The notes beneath the pieces are model-generated. The model had not been told where the DNA came from. It ran no database searches and was given only the letters and a program-made list of their open reading frames with translations. The translations under genes and the position numbers were made by a program. From Octopus vulgaris (taxonomy: Eukaryota), in contig OX597827.1 in assembly GCA_951406725.2 (NCBI GenBank), forward strand, positions 56,854,001 through 56,918,000: a stretch of 64,000 nt of DNA, written 5' to 3'. This document shows positions 27,118 through 39,299 of this stretch, one piece after another. Each line of letters opens with the position of its first letter. Positions within the stretch are counted from its first letter, which is position 1.

Positions 27118-30100
27118 CCAGCTTTTTAAGGTCCACTTTTTTTTTATACTTGTATGGGTTGTATGAAATTCATAGAGGCAGAATTTTTTTTTATGGCTGG
27201 ATGCCCTTCCTGACACCCACCCTCACTTGTTTCCAGTTCAGAACATAAAGAACTGGAAGAAATGCCACAGGGTAATTTTCCAATGCTCTAATGATTCCAG
27301 CAATCCACTACCCTAGTAATACCAATAATAATCAATACAGTCAGGATGATGAAACACTTTGTAGAGTTTCTGTTGTAAGCCCTACAAGTAGACAGGGTGG
27401 AGAGGTGATAATCAGCTTATGAATATCTAAAAATGCAATATATAATAATGGAATCATATTATCTCCAATTTATCAGTTATAGACAATATAGAATTAGTGT
27501 AGTATTTGTGTGGATTATTTCTGTGGAATGGTTGTGCTTGGTATCTAGGAAATTAATTAATTTGAAAAAGTAAGTATATGTAACCAAAATTGTCAGCTAA
27601 TATACTCACCTCGTAAGGTGGTGAGCTAGCATAATCATTAGCATGTTGGGCAATATGCTTAATGGTATTTCATCTGCCACTACGTTCTGAGTTCAAATTC
27701 CACCGAGGTCGACTTTGCCTTTCATCCTTTCGGGGTCGATTAAATAAGTACCAGTTACGCACTGGGGTTAATGTAATTGACTTAATCCCGTTGTCTGTCG
27801 TTGTTTGTCCTCTCTATGTTTAGCTCCTTGTGGGTAATAAAGAAATAGGTATTTCGTCTGTCTTTATATTCTGAGTTCAAATTCTGCCAAGTTTGACTTT
27901 GCCATTCATCCCTCCAGGGTGGACAAAAGTAAGTACCAGTTGGGCACTGGGGTTGATGCAATCAACTTAGTCCCTCCCTCAGAATTACTGGCCTTGTGTC
28001 AAAATTTGAAGTCAATATATAAGTCTTGTGATTAAGAATGGTGTATATTGTTGACTTAATGTCCACTTTCTCGTGCATACATGAGTCAGATCAAATTTGT
28101 TAATACAAATTTCTTTTCCTACGGCTGGATGCTTTTCCCCCATCACAAACTCTCATGTTTCCAATCAAGGTAAGGTAATGTTTCCACATGGCTCAACATA
28201 TTTTCATAGAAGACTGGAAACAAACACTGCTGCTAGTATGGCAATAGCATTCATTTAAAACTGTCTTGCAATAAGGAAACACAAACACATACACACACAA
28301 ATACACACACAAACACATACATGCACACAGACATACACATAATGATAGGCTACTTTCAATTTCTTATTTCTTTACTGCCCACAAGGGGCTACACACAAAG
28401 ACAGACAAAGGGATTAAGTCGATTACATCGACCCCAGTGCGTAACTGGTATTTATTTAATTGACCCCGAAAGGATGAAAGGCAAAGTTGACCTTGGCGGA
28501 ATTTGAACTCAGAACGTAGTGACAGATGAAATACCTATTTCTTTATTGCCCCCAAGGAGCTACACACAGAGGGGACAAACAAGGACAGAGAAAGGGATTA
28601 AGTCGATTATATCAACCCCAGTGTGTAACTGGTACTTATTTAATTGGCTCCGAAAGGATGAAAGGCAAAGTTGACCTCGGCGGAATTTGAACTCAGAACG
28701 TAGCGGTAGACGAAATACCGCTAAGCATTTCGCCCAGCGTGCTAACGTTTCTGCCAGCTCGCTACTTTCAATTTCTGTCAACCAAATTCTTTCACAAGGC
28801 TTTGGTCGGCATGGTTGGATTTAGTAGAAGACATTTGCTGGAAGTACCATGTAGTGAGTCTGAATCCAAAACCCATATGTATGTGAAAGACATTTTTATA
28901 TGTAAATTGGGGACCAGTTTGGATTTCAGTTTGCTTTCTAAAATAATTCTTTTGTTCTTTTATTCTCTTACTTGTTTCAGTCATTAGACTGTGACCATGT
29001 TGGGGCACCACCTTGAAGAATTTTGTAATCAAATAAACTGACCCCAGGATTTATTTTTTTTTCATTTTAAAACCTGGTACTTATTCTCTTGGTCTCTCTT
29101 GTCAAACTTCTACCTTATGGGGACATAAACACACAAACACCGGTTATCAATCAGTGGTGGGAGACAGACCCACACACAAACACATATGCAGTCACCTATT
29201 TATTTTGCCTATTTGTTTAAGTCATTGGACTGCAGCCATGCTGTAGCAACACCATGAAAGGTTCTAGTTGAATGAATCGATCCCAGTACTTTGTTTTAAG
29301 CCTGGTACTTATTCTATCAGTCTCTTTTGCCAAACCACTAAGTTATGGGATATAAACAAACCAATACCAGTTGTAAAGCACAAAAAATGTAAACACAAAA
29401 ATATGCACACACAAACACAAAAATATGTACTCATAGGTATATATGTATAATGGGATTCTTTCAGCTTCCATCTACCAAATCCATTCACAAGGCTCAGGTC
29501 AGGAGGTCAGCCCAGAGCTATAGTAGAATGCTCTTACCCCAGGTGCTGTATAGTTGGCCTGAGCCTAGAACTATGTGGTTGGGAAACAAACTTCTCACCA
29601 CATATTGTAAACTTTAAATCCATAATCAAGGATTATTTTCCACTCCTTAAAAACATGTAGCCATAAAGTAAAATGAAATTTTCATGATTGCAACTGTCAA
29701 CATTTCTGGCCTCAAAAATTATCATCCAGTCAAAAATTATAATTTCATCTTTTGGACATGATGCCATTAATCATTTTCACAGTCATTGCTATGTGAAAAT
29801 TTCCAGTTTTCAGCTTTGTAATTCTGTGAGAGTTTGGAAGTTTTTTACGGTTGCAAATGTTTCAAAATTTCTGATTTTAATAATCATTTCTGGGTTTATA
29901 CAGTTCTGTAGTTAAGATTTCTGGATTTGTCAGAAATGGTTATTTAATTAATCCACATGTAGTAGAATTCAAAAATTTTCAACATTACTGTGATTGTAAA
30001 AAATTAAAAATTTTTAGGATTATTTTGTTGGAATTTGGACATTTTTATGATTGTAAATTTCTGACATTAGTGATTCAAATCTATTAGAGGTCTTTCACAT

Positions 30101-30367
30101 GATGAATTTCCTGATTTTCAAATATCTTGAAATGTCAAAAATTTCAGATCTCTTAGACTACAGGAATTTAAGTTTTTTTTATGCAGGCAAACAAGATCTA
30201 TCTAATTTTAAAGATACAGGCGCAGGAGTTGCTGTGTATAGGTGCAGGAGTGGCTGTGTGGTATGTCCCACTGCGTAGCACCTTGGGCAAGTGTCTTCAA
30301 CTATAGCCTCGGGCTGACCAAAGCCTTGTTAGTGGATTTGGTAGACGGAAACTGAAAGAAGCCTGTC

Positions 30368-30446
<79 letters not shown>

Positions 30447-32545
30447 TGTGTGTATATATGTGTGTATGTGTCTGTGTTTGTCCCCTCCCCACCATCGCTT
30501 GACAATCGATGTTGATGTGTTCATGTCCCTGTAAGTTAGCAGTTCGGCAAAAGAGACCGATAGAATAAGTACTAGGCTTACAAAGAATAAGTCCTGGGGT
30601 CGATTTGCTCGACTAAAGGCAGTGCTCCAGCATGGCCGCAGTCAAATGACTGAAACAAATAAAAGAATAATACTGAAACTCTGCTGGAGTTAATCATTTT
30701 AGGTATTCTATGTTATGTGAATTGTGATGATCTCAGATATCTTTCTACTTTTACTTGTTTCAGTTGTGGCCATGCTGGGATATTACCTTGAAAGATTTGG
30801 TTGAACTAATCAGCCCAGTGATTAAATTTTCTAAGTCTGATATTTATTCTAGCACTCTTCTTCACCAAACTGCTAAGTTATGGGGATGTAAGCAAACCAA
30901 CACTGGTTGTCAAGTGGTAATGGTGACGACAAACCCAACACAAACACAAAGACACACATGAACTCAACACACACAGACACACACAACAGGCTTCCACACA
31001 GTTTCCATCCACCAAATTCACTCAACAGCAACAACAACAACAACAGCAGCAGCAGCAAAAACAACAGCAGCAACTATTCTTTAAAAGCATTTACTTTTTT
31101 CAAAATAATTAAAAACAGAAAACTGATGTCTTTTCCTGATTAGAAGCAAAAATCTTAAATTCTTAATTGCAGAGTATTTACCTTTATCTGATATGTGTTA
31201 AAAAATTAAGCCTGATCATCTAAACACTGATATTTGAAGCCATAAATGTATTAATTTTTTCTTTTTTAATGTCTGGTTTCCATTCTTCTCACGATACAAA
31301 TGATTTCATGTATTTTGAAAACAATTGTTTTTTTTACTGTTGACCTCTTAGAAATGTTCATAAATTTGTGTAAGTTCATTTGCTATAAGAAAATACAAGA
31401 ATCCTGACTAATCTAGCTGAATTTGTAAACTTTACTAATTTTCCTTGACACAGACATCCACTAGTTTCCTTTGATTCTTGTTTTTATGGGAAATCATCAT
31501 TATCATCATCATCATCATCATCATCATCATCGTTTAACGTCTGCTTTCCCTGCTAACATGGGTTGGACGATTTGACTGAGGACTGGCGAACCAGATGGCT
31601 GCACCAGACTCCAATCTGATCTGGTAGAGTTTCTTATTTCTTTACTGCCCACAAGGGGCTATACACAGAGGGGACAAACAAGGACAGACAAATGGATTAA
31701 GCTGATTACATCGACCCCAGTGCGTAACTGGTACTTAATTTATCGACCCCGAAAGGATGAAAGGCAAAGTCGACCTTGGCGGAATTTGAACACAGAACGT
31801 AGCGCCAGACGAAATACCGCTAAGCATTTGGTCCGGCGTGCTAATGTTTCTGCCAGCTCGTCGCCTTATCTGGTAGAGTTTCTACAGCTGGACACCCTTC
31901 CTAACGCCAACCACTCCGAGAGTGTAGCAGATGCTTTTACGTGCCAGTGGCATGAGGGCCAGTCAGGCGGTACTGGCAGTGGCCATGCTCAGATTGTGCT
32001 TTTTATGTGCCACCTACACAGGAGCCAGTCCGGTAGCACTGGCAACAACCTCACTTGAATATTTTTTCACATGCCACCAGCACAAGTGCCAGAAATATTA
32101 CCGAGAAAGCTTTTGTGATTTTGCATGCATCTTAGGTCAGTCCTTTGCTGGTACTTATGTTCCTGTAGCACTTGTCCCAAACTGGTAATATACTTCCTTC
32201 CCTTATAACCCTTTCAGTCCAGAGATTTCTGAAAGTTGTCTCTGTGTTGAAAGCTCTCAGAATTAAATTATTCAGAAGACCTTTGTCAATGCCTAGAATT
32301 TCCCCAGAAATGTCATTTCCTTGTCCACAACTATCACTCTAGAGAATACAAAGGCTGATGTATAATTGTCCACATTGCTTGAGTTGTAAGAGAACTGTGA
32401 GCATCCAGACAACATTCCAGGAGATAGACACCAGCTCGTAAAATGTTTGCACAAGCAAACAGTGAACATATGAAAACAGAACTGGAAACACACTCACACA
32501 CAAGTACACTGACACACACACACATGCACACACATTACACCCCCA

Positions 32546-32590
<45 letters not shown>

Positions 32591-32771
32591 AGTAGTTGAA
32601 TGAATTATCTTGTTATGGATAATTCGGTTAACCGATACCTGGGTAGCAAATTCACATCAGAGAAGACATGTTTGAAGTTACGTGCTTTCGTGTGGAAATT
32701 TGTATGTTTTTTTTAAAAATATAAATATATTAAAGAATGGAGTTGAACGACGAATTAACAAAATTCCTTTA

Positions 32772-32854
32772 TTTTCGACATATGTTTCGAAGGCTGCATA
32801 TTCCTAATTGCGAAAAAATAAGGAGTATATTATGCTGCTTTCTCATCAGGAAAA
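32772..32854 (-). ncRNA. Type I hammerhead ribozyme motif (GUC)
   Basis: Minus strand ttttc-CTGATGA-gaaagcagcata...tatgcagccttc-GAAA-catatg-TC-gaaaa. Confidence 0.75.
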
Positions 32855-32956
32855 GCAAGGAACTTATGTCAACATCAAGATGCTCAAAAAGCTTTTAGAT
32901 GACTGCTCACACAGAGCCCATAGTGAAAATCTGCCATCATAGTGAAAGTTCCTTGC

Positions 32957-33039
32957 TTTTCCTGATGAGAAAGCGGCATAATATACTCCTTATTCCTTCG
33001 CAATTAGGAATATGCAGCCTTCGAAACATATGTTGAAAA
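32957..33039 (+). ncRNA. Type I hammerhead ribozyme motif (GUU variant), inverted partner of 32772-32854
   Basis: ttttc-CTGATGA-gaaagcggcata...tatgcagccttc-GAAA-catatg-TT-gaaaa. Confidence 0.68.
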
Positions 33040-33083
33040 TAAAGGAATTTTGTTAATTCGTCGTTCAACTCCATTCTTTAATA

Positions 33084-33117
<34 letters not shown>

Positions 33118-34014
33118 AGTTGGAGGGATATACGCACTGGGCAGATACTGCACTAGCTCTCAGTTGAGTTCCAGTTAATGGCTAACCACAACAATCAATA
33201 TTTAACATCTGTGACTACAATTTGTTGTTAAGTCATTCTGTGGTAGCAGAATTCAGCTCTTTGCCATACCACCAGAAAAAGTCAGAAGTGGTTGTCAGAG
33301 AGTTTCTATGACTCCACCAGGCAGCCAACCACAACATCTAGCTTCCTAATTCTTCTGATTGTAATCCCATGGGTTATTCACTCTTCCTACAACATTGAAG
33401 GCAGAGCTGGTGGCCAAGATTGAAGAGGAATGCATATGCCAGGTTCCAGAGCTGTCTTGAAGCTGTGATGGAAGCCTCAAGACCGTTATCTCCCAGACAT
33501 AATCTAGTTGATAGATTTTGATTTTTTTTAAAGTACTTATATTTTTGGTTGGGGTATTGTATTTTGTTTTCCTTTTATGCAAACTGTCAAATTTAGCTCA
33601 AACACTATATCTGATGAGTTTCTTTCAGTTTTTGTTTACCAAATCCTCTCTCAAAGCTTTGGCTATATCAGATCATTCTTGCCCAAGGTGCCACACAGTG
33701 GGACCTGAACTCATATGGTTAGGAAGTAAACTTTCTAACCACATAATCATACCTTTTATGTAATGAAAAATAGGAAGGGCATCTGCTTATAGAAAATCTG
33801 CCTCAATAAACTCAGTCTGACCATGCAACTGTGGATGAGAGGATGTTAAAATGATGATGACGTTGTTGTTGATAATGATGACATTGTTGTTGATGATGAT
33901 GATGATGAATATATAATAAAAACAAACATGAAATTATATAAGCAGAAAATTGTAATCATTATTCCATAACCTTCTTACTGAAATAATCTTCATGGCTTTT
34001 TTCCTTCTATTTAG

Positions 34015-34178
34015 GTGTATTACAAGCTAATTTACAAGTGATTCATACAAAAGAACAGATTTTTAATTTGTTTTGTCACGAAGCCACTCGAATCTTTCAT
34101 GACCGTCTTACTGATGACAAAGATCGCATGTACTTCCATACTATGATGGCAGATATGGCCAGCAAGCATTTTGGAGAG
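34015..34178 (+). CDS. DNAH6: Dynein heavy chain exon (VLQAN...FCHEATRIFHDRL...KHFGE)
   Basis: ttAG acceptor, GTttgt donor, phase 1/0; HE..R.F.DRL motif. Confidence 0.93.
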
Positions 34179-34301
34179 GTTTGTCATATCATTTGCTTGG
34201 TTCAGAGATAGCTGTTTCTAGCATGTAACAAGGAGGGATTATTAAAGTGTTTTCTTGTGTTTTTTTTCCTGTTGTATCTCAACTCATCATCATAGCTTTA
34301 A

Positions 34302-35089
34302 CCCTTTTAGCATTCAGATACTCATTTATCCCCATTGTTTTAACTAATCATGATGTGATTATTCATTTTTTTAGAGTGACATTGTAGGGTAGGTGTGAAA
34401 GACTGGATCTGAACAGTTTGAACATAAAACAAATATTGGTTGTCTGGAAAGTTCGTGCCACTTTTTAAAAGAAGGAAAAAGGTCAATAAATACTTGCCAT
34501 TACCCAAGCTTTACCAGGTGCTCATGAACGACAGATTTTGATAGGTTGAGGCTTTCTGCCAATTCTCGGATTGTGCAATGTGGGTTATTCTCAATTAATG
34601 ACTTGATTTGGTCATCATCTGTAGTGGATGATCTGCCTGATTGCTCTTTATCAATAAGGCTACAATCTCCAGCTCGGAACCTTGCGAGCCACTTCCGTAC
34701 AGTTCTTTCAGATAAAGAAACGTCACCGTAAACTGCGCATATTTCTTTGGTTGCTTGTGAGGCATTTTTCCCTTTATAGAAAAAGAAAAGCATCAAGTGC
34801 CGAAAATGAACTTTCTTATCTTCCATTTTAAAGGGTTACAGAATTAACACAGATTATAGGAAAATAAACCTTCTTCCATGAAAAGATAGCTTAAACTGTG
34901 CTCTAAATGAAGGTGTAGTCAAATCCTATTTTATGGATTCAACCATGTTTTAAAATAAGTTGAAAGGTAAGCTACTATGGACTCAAACATGTTCTAAAAT
35001 AAGTCAAAAGGTAAGCTACTATAAATCGGCACAAACTTTCCGGACAACCCGATACAATATTTGATCTGGATATAGCTAGTTTAAATGCT
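34302..35089 (-). mobile_element. piggyBac-like MITE, reverse copy split by the mariner at 34436-35052
   Basis: Sequence on both sides of the mariner aligns as reverse complement to 25796-25986; one end is truncated. Confidence 0.75.
34436..35052 (-). mobile_element. Internally deleted mariner retaining the N-terminal HTH (ORF 34826-34500)
   Basis: TIRs ttggttgtctggaaagttcgtgcc / ggcacaaactttccggacaacccga, TA duplication, MEDKKVHFRHLMLFFFYKGKNA...SGRS. Confidence 0.9.
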
Positions 35090-35806
35090 TGCATTGGTCA
35101 GATGTTGTCTATTGAGGCTCATTTTCTACAGCTGTATATTCTTCCTGTTGCCAAGCGTCACCTGTTTCCAAGCATCACCTGTTTCCAAGCAAGGTAATAT
35201 TTCCCATCACCAGACTTCTTTTCATAGAAGACTTGAAGTGTGGGATGTTTATTTATAACCATCGCTTGATGTCAAGACATGGAGACAAAAACACACACAC
35301 GCATGAATGCACAACAGTTTTTCAGTTTCCATCTACCAAATCTACTCACAAGGTTTTGAATATTCCTGAGCTATACCATAAGACACTTCGCCCAAGGTGC
35401 CACGTAATGGGAATGAACATGGAACTATATGGTTGGGAAGCTAACTTCTCATTCACACGACTATGATTATGTCTATTACCAACACACCCGCACACACATT
35501 ACCATATCAAACACACATACACAAGGTGTGTGTATTGTTAGTTTGTAGGTCAGCTATGTTTTTATGGCTTGAAAGTCATAACATACCGGCACCTTTTTCA
35601 TAGCAGCTACTGACTGGTTTTGCTAATCAACCTCCGACAACAGAGAGCAGTCACCATATTCCCTTCCATATTGGCTAACACTGATGAGTGTAGAGTTATA
35701 TAATTGGATTGTTACCTAACACTCCATTACATTCTTTATGCGAAACCAATTGGTAAGATCAGCAGTGATGGATATTTAATACTACGCTTTTCAGATAATA
35801 TATATT

Positions 35807-35873
<67 letters not shown>

Positions 35874-35946
35874 ATATTTCGGAATGGTCATATTGCCAGT
35901 TTAGCCAACAAATATTTAAACGTATATATATATATATATATATATA

Positions 35947-37217
35947 TCAGGTTATCCCATAATTTCTGTCCAACTTTACCTTTTTTAAAATTGAATGAAA
36001 TTTAATAGTATTTTAGAATGTCTGATGGAATTAAAAATTATTTTTATGCATTTGTGTACATTTAAACTTATTAAATATTATTTTACAGAATAATAGAATT
36101 AAAATGTCTTTGATTAAAACCCTTTCTAACATGGAAGTATCCAAAGAGCATTTAAGGCACATAATGCTTTATGAGTACAAAAAAGGAAACTCTGCAACCA
36201 AAGCGACTCGAAACATACACTCAGTTTATGGGAAAGAATGCTTGAATGAAAGAACTTGCAGAAAATGGATTGCAAAATTCAGAAGTGGAGATTTCAGCCT
36301 TGAAGATGAAGATCGAACAGGACGTCCAGTTGAGTTTGATGATAAGCTCCTTGAGGCATTACTTAAAGAAAATTCTGCATTATCAGTTGAAGAATTGGCA
36401 ACAAAGCTTAGTTCAAGCCATACAACTGTTTATCATCTTCAACAAGTTGGAAATGTTCCTAATGGGTGCCCCATGAATTGTCCGAAAGCAACTTCAAATC
36501 TCAAGTTGATATCTACTCTTCTCTTCATTCTTCGAACTCATTTCACCCTTTTTGGATAGACTTGTGACTAGTGACGAAAAATGGATCTTCTATCAAAATG
36601 TTAAACGTCATAAACAGTGGCTTGGTAAAAGAGAAAAAGCTCAACCACAACCGAGAAGGGAACTTCATGGAAAAAAGGATCTTCTCTCTATCTGTTGGGA
36701 TTGCAAAGGAGTAATTCACTTTGAATTGTTACCACCTAATGCAACAATCAATGCTCAAGTCTACTGTCAGCAATCAGAGCGTTTGAACCAAGTTTTGAAG
36801 AAAAAAAGACCTGTTTTAGTGAATCAAAAAGGAGTGATGTTTCCTCAGGACAATGCGCAACCCCACACTGCAAAGATCACATCACAGAAGATCAAAGAGC
36901 TTGGTTGGGAAAAAATTCATCCACCTTATTCTCCCGACCTTGCTCCTTCAGACTACCATTTGTTTCATAGTTTACAGAATCATCTGGGGGACATAACTTT
37001 CGCAAGCCTGGAGGAGGTTGAAACTGACATTTCAGAGTTCTTCACTTTGAAACCAAAAGAGTTTTACATTGATGGGATTAAAAAGCTTGTAAATAGATGG
37101 AAGGAAGTCATAGATAATCAGGGAAAGTACATTGATGATTAACTTTCAATTAAATATAACATTTGATCACTTGTTTTCTTCATTCAAAATTCAGACAGAA
37201 CTTATGGAATGACCTTA
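35947..37217 (+). mobile_element. Full-length but defective mariner transposon
   Basis: Imperfect ~30 bp TIRs (tcaggttatcccataatttctgtc / gacagaacttatggaatgacctta), TA on both sides, inserted in a (TA)n tract, about 1.27 kb. Confidence 0.92.
36131..37142 (+). pseudogene. Frameshifted mariner transposase
   Basis: HTH N-terminus (MEVSKEHLRHIML...RTGRP), WVPHEL in a shifted frame near 36463, then TSDEKW, QDNAQPH, HPPYSPDLAPSDYHLF; 33 residues between the second and third Asp, one fewer than D34D. Confidence 0.92.
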
Positions 37218-37227
37218 TATATACACA

Positions 37228-37283
<56 letters not shown>

Positions 37284-37544
37284 TACATACACATATTGAG
37301 ATACACACACACACACACACATATTGTAATGTCAAGTATAAACAATCTGAGAGGTACTTGTCACATTGGTATCTCCTCCAGCCTCTAAGATACTTTAAGT
37401 CTGTAGTATGTATAGAGGATGCTTGTAACAGTCTTATGTTTGTTTTTATGACTTTGTAGCTTGTTGCACAATTTGTTGCACTACTGCAGTGCTGGGACAT
37501 AAGAATTTTCCATTATTTTAAGAATAATATTTTTGTTAATATAT

Positions 37545-37585
37545 TTTATTATATGTATGTGTGTGTGTATGAATGCATATATATA

Positions 37586-37629
<44 letters not shown>

Positions 37630-37734
37630 TGTTTGTATGTATATATATGTATGTTTGTATGAATATATATATATATATGCATATTTATATGTATATGTGT
37701 GTGTGTGTGTCTGTGTGTGTGTGTCTGTGTGTGT

Positions 37735-37799
<65 letters not shown>

Positions 37800-37862
37800 C
37801 ACACACACATACATATATATATATATGCATACATATACATATATATATACATACACATACGT

Positions 37863-37938
<76 letters not shown>

Positions 37939-37945
37939 GTATGTA
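37545..37945. repeat. Compound (TG)n/(TA)n/(CA)n microsatellite
   Basis: Direct inspection. Confidence 0.95.
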
Positions 37946-38885
37946 TAAGCTTTGTTTTTACCAGTGAGAATTGTATGTTGTTTACATCATAAGAACTTAG
38001 AAACTGTTTGAAAATTCAAAGGGTTGTTTTGCTATAATGGTGGCACATCTGCCTTGTTTACAGAAAATGTGGGTCTGTGTCCCATGGGCAGCATTTATCT
38101 TTTTCTTATCCAAGGGTTTTTCTTTTTGTTAACCCAAGATTCTACTCACTACTATTTATAGCATCATTTGCTTTGAGTTTCACCATTGAAAACAATTTCT
38201 GAAATTATGTTTATATGTATAAACTGGTGTATTGAGTTGCATCTGTTTATATCAAAACCATAACTTAGCGTTTTGCTAAATAGAGATCAATAAAATAAAG
38301 TATAAGGCTGAAATAATTACTAAGGTCTATATGATCAATTAAAGTTCTTGCAAATGGTGCCCCGTGGCCTTTGTCCAGTGGCGTGCCAGTTAATGACTAG
38401 TCCCTTGCCTCTATAGCTGTTCGTAGATATTGGCGTTAGGGATGGCTTTGTGGTAAGACATTTGCTTCCAAGCCACATGGTTCTGGGTTCAGTCTTTTGC
38501 TACTCTGGGTTTCACCTGTACATAGACAGGATCAAAAGACTGACTCAACGAAAATAAAATATTATTTTTCTCTATCATAGTATTGAGTAATCTTTCTTCT
38601 TACTTCTTTATTGCCCACAAGGGGCTAAACATAGAGGGGACAAACAAAGACAGACAAAGGGATTAAGTCGATTACATCGATCCCAGTGTGTAACTGGTAC
38701 TTAATTTATTGAGCCCAAAGGGATGAAAGGCAAAGTCGACCTTGGCGGAATTTGAACTCACAACATAACAGCAGACGAAATACCTCTAAGCATTTTGCCT
38801 GGTGTGCTAACGATTCTGCCAGCTCGCCGCCTTACAGTTAATAATTGAACACACACACACACACACACACACATGCGCATGTGTT

Positions 38886-38918
<33 letters not shown>

Positions 38919-38919
<1 letters not shown>

Positions 38920-39299
38920 CTAGCAGTATCGCCCGGCGTTGCTCAGGTTTGTAAGGGAAATAACTATAAAGCATTTTTAGAGAGTTATAGCCAAAAAATA
39001 GAAAAGAAAGGGAAAAAAATGATGGTAAATTTTTTTGAGAGTAAAAAAAGGTGGAGTTGCGTCCCCTAGACAGTTTGCGGTTTGTGTTTCTGATTCTCGA
39101 CCCCATGTCGAATTTATCGATTTTTTTCAGAACTGGGGGAACTTTTCAAAATTTTCGCTGCGTTAGTTTTGAATTATGACATTGTGCTATGTGTGTGTCA
39201 AGTTTCATCAGAATCGGTTGAAAGCCGTGGTCAGGGTGAGGGTACAAGCAAACAGACACACAGAAACACGCACAGACAAACTGCCGTTTATATAGAGAT
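38919..39299 (+). mobile_element. Helentron/DINE-like non-autonomous element
   Basis: actagcagtatcgcccggcgttgctc start, internal (CAGA/CA) microsatellite, tatatagagat end, no TSD. Confidence 0.55.

Larger units (their letters stand above)
32719..33092. repeat. Long inverted repeat (~147-bp arms, ~80-bp spacer)
   Basis: Arms 32719-32865 and 32946-33092 are near-perfect reverse complements; abuts (TA)n. Confidence 0.95.

Noticed and set aside
36104-37142. Active or domesticated (SETMAR-like) transposase, or a novel D33D family
   Set aside because: Frameshifts, degenerate TIRs and no SET domain; the 33 spacing is most simply a one-codon deletion in a dead copy.
37533-37992. Cys-Val and His-Thr ORFs (also at 50.4, 53.9, 61.3 and 62.4 kb)
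   Set aside because: Dinucleotide microsatellite translations.
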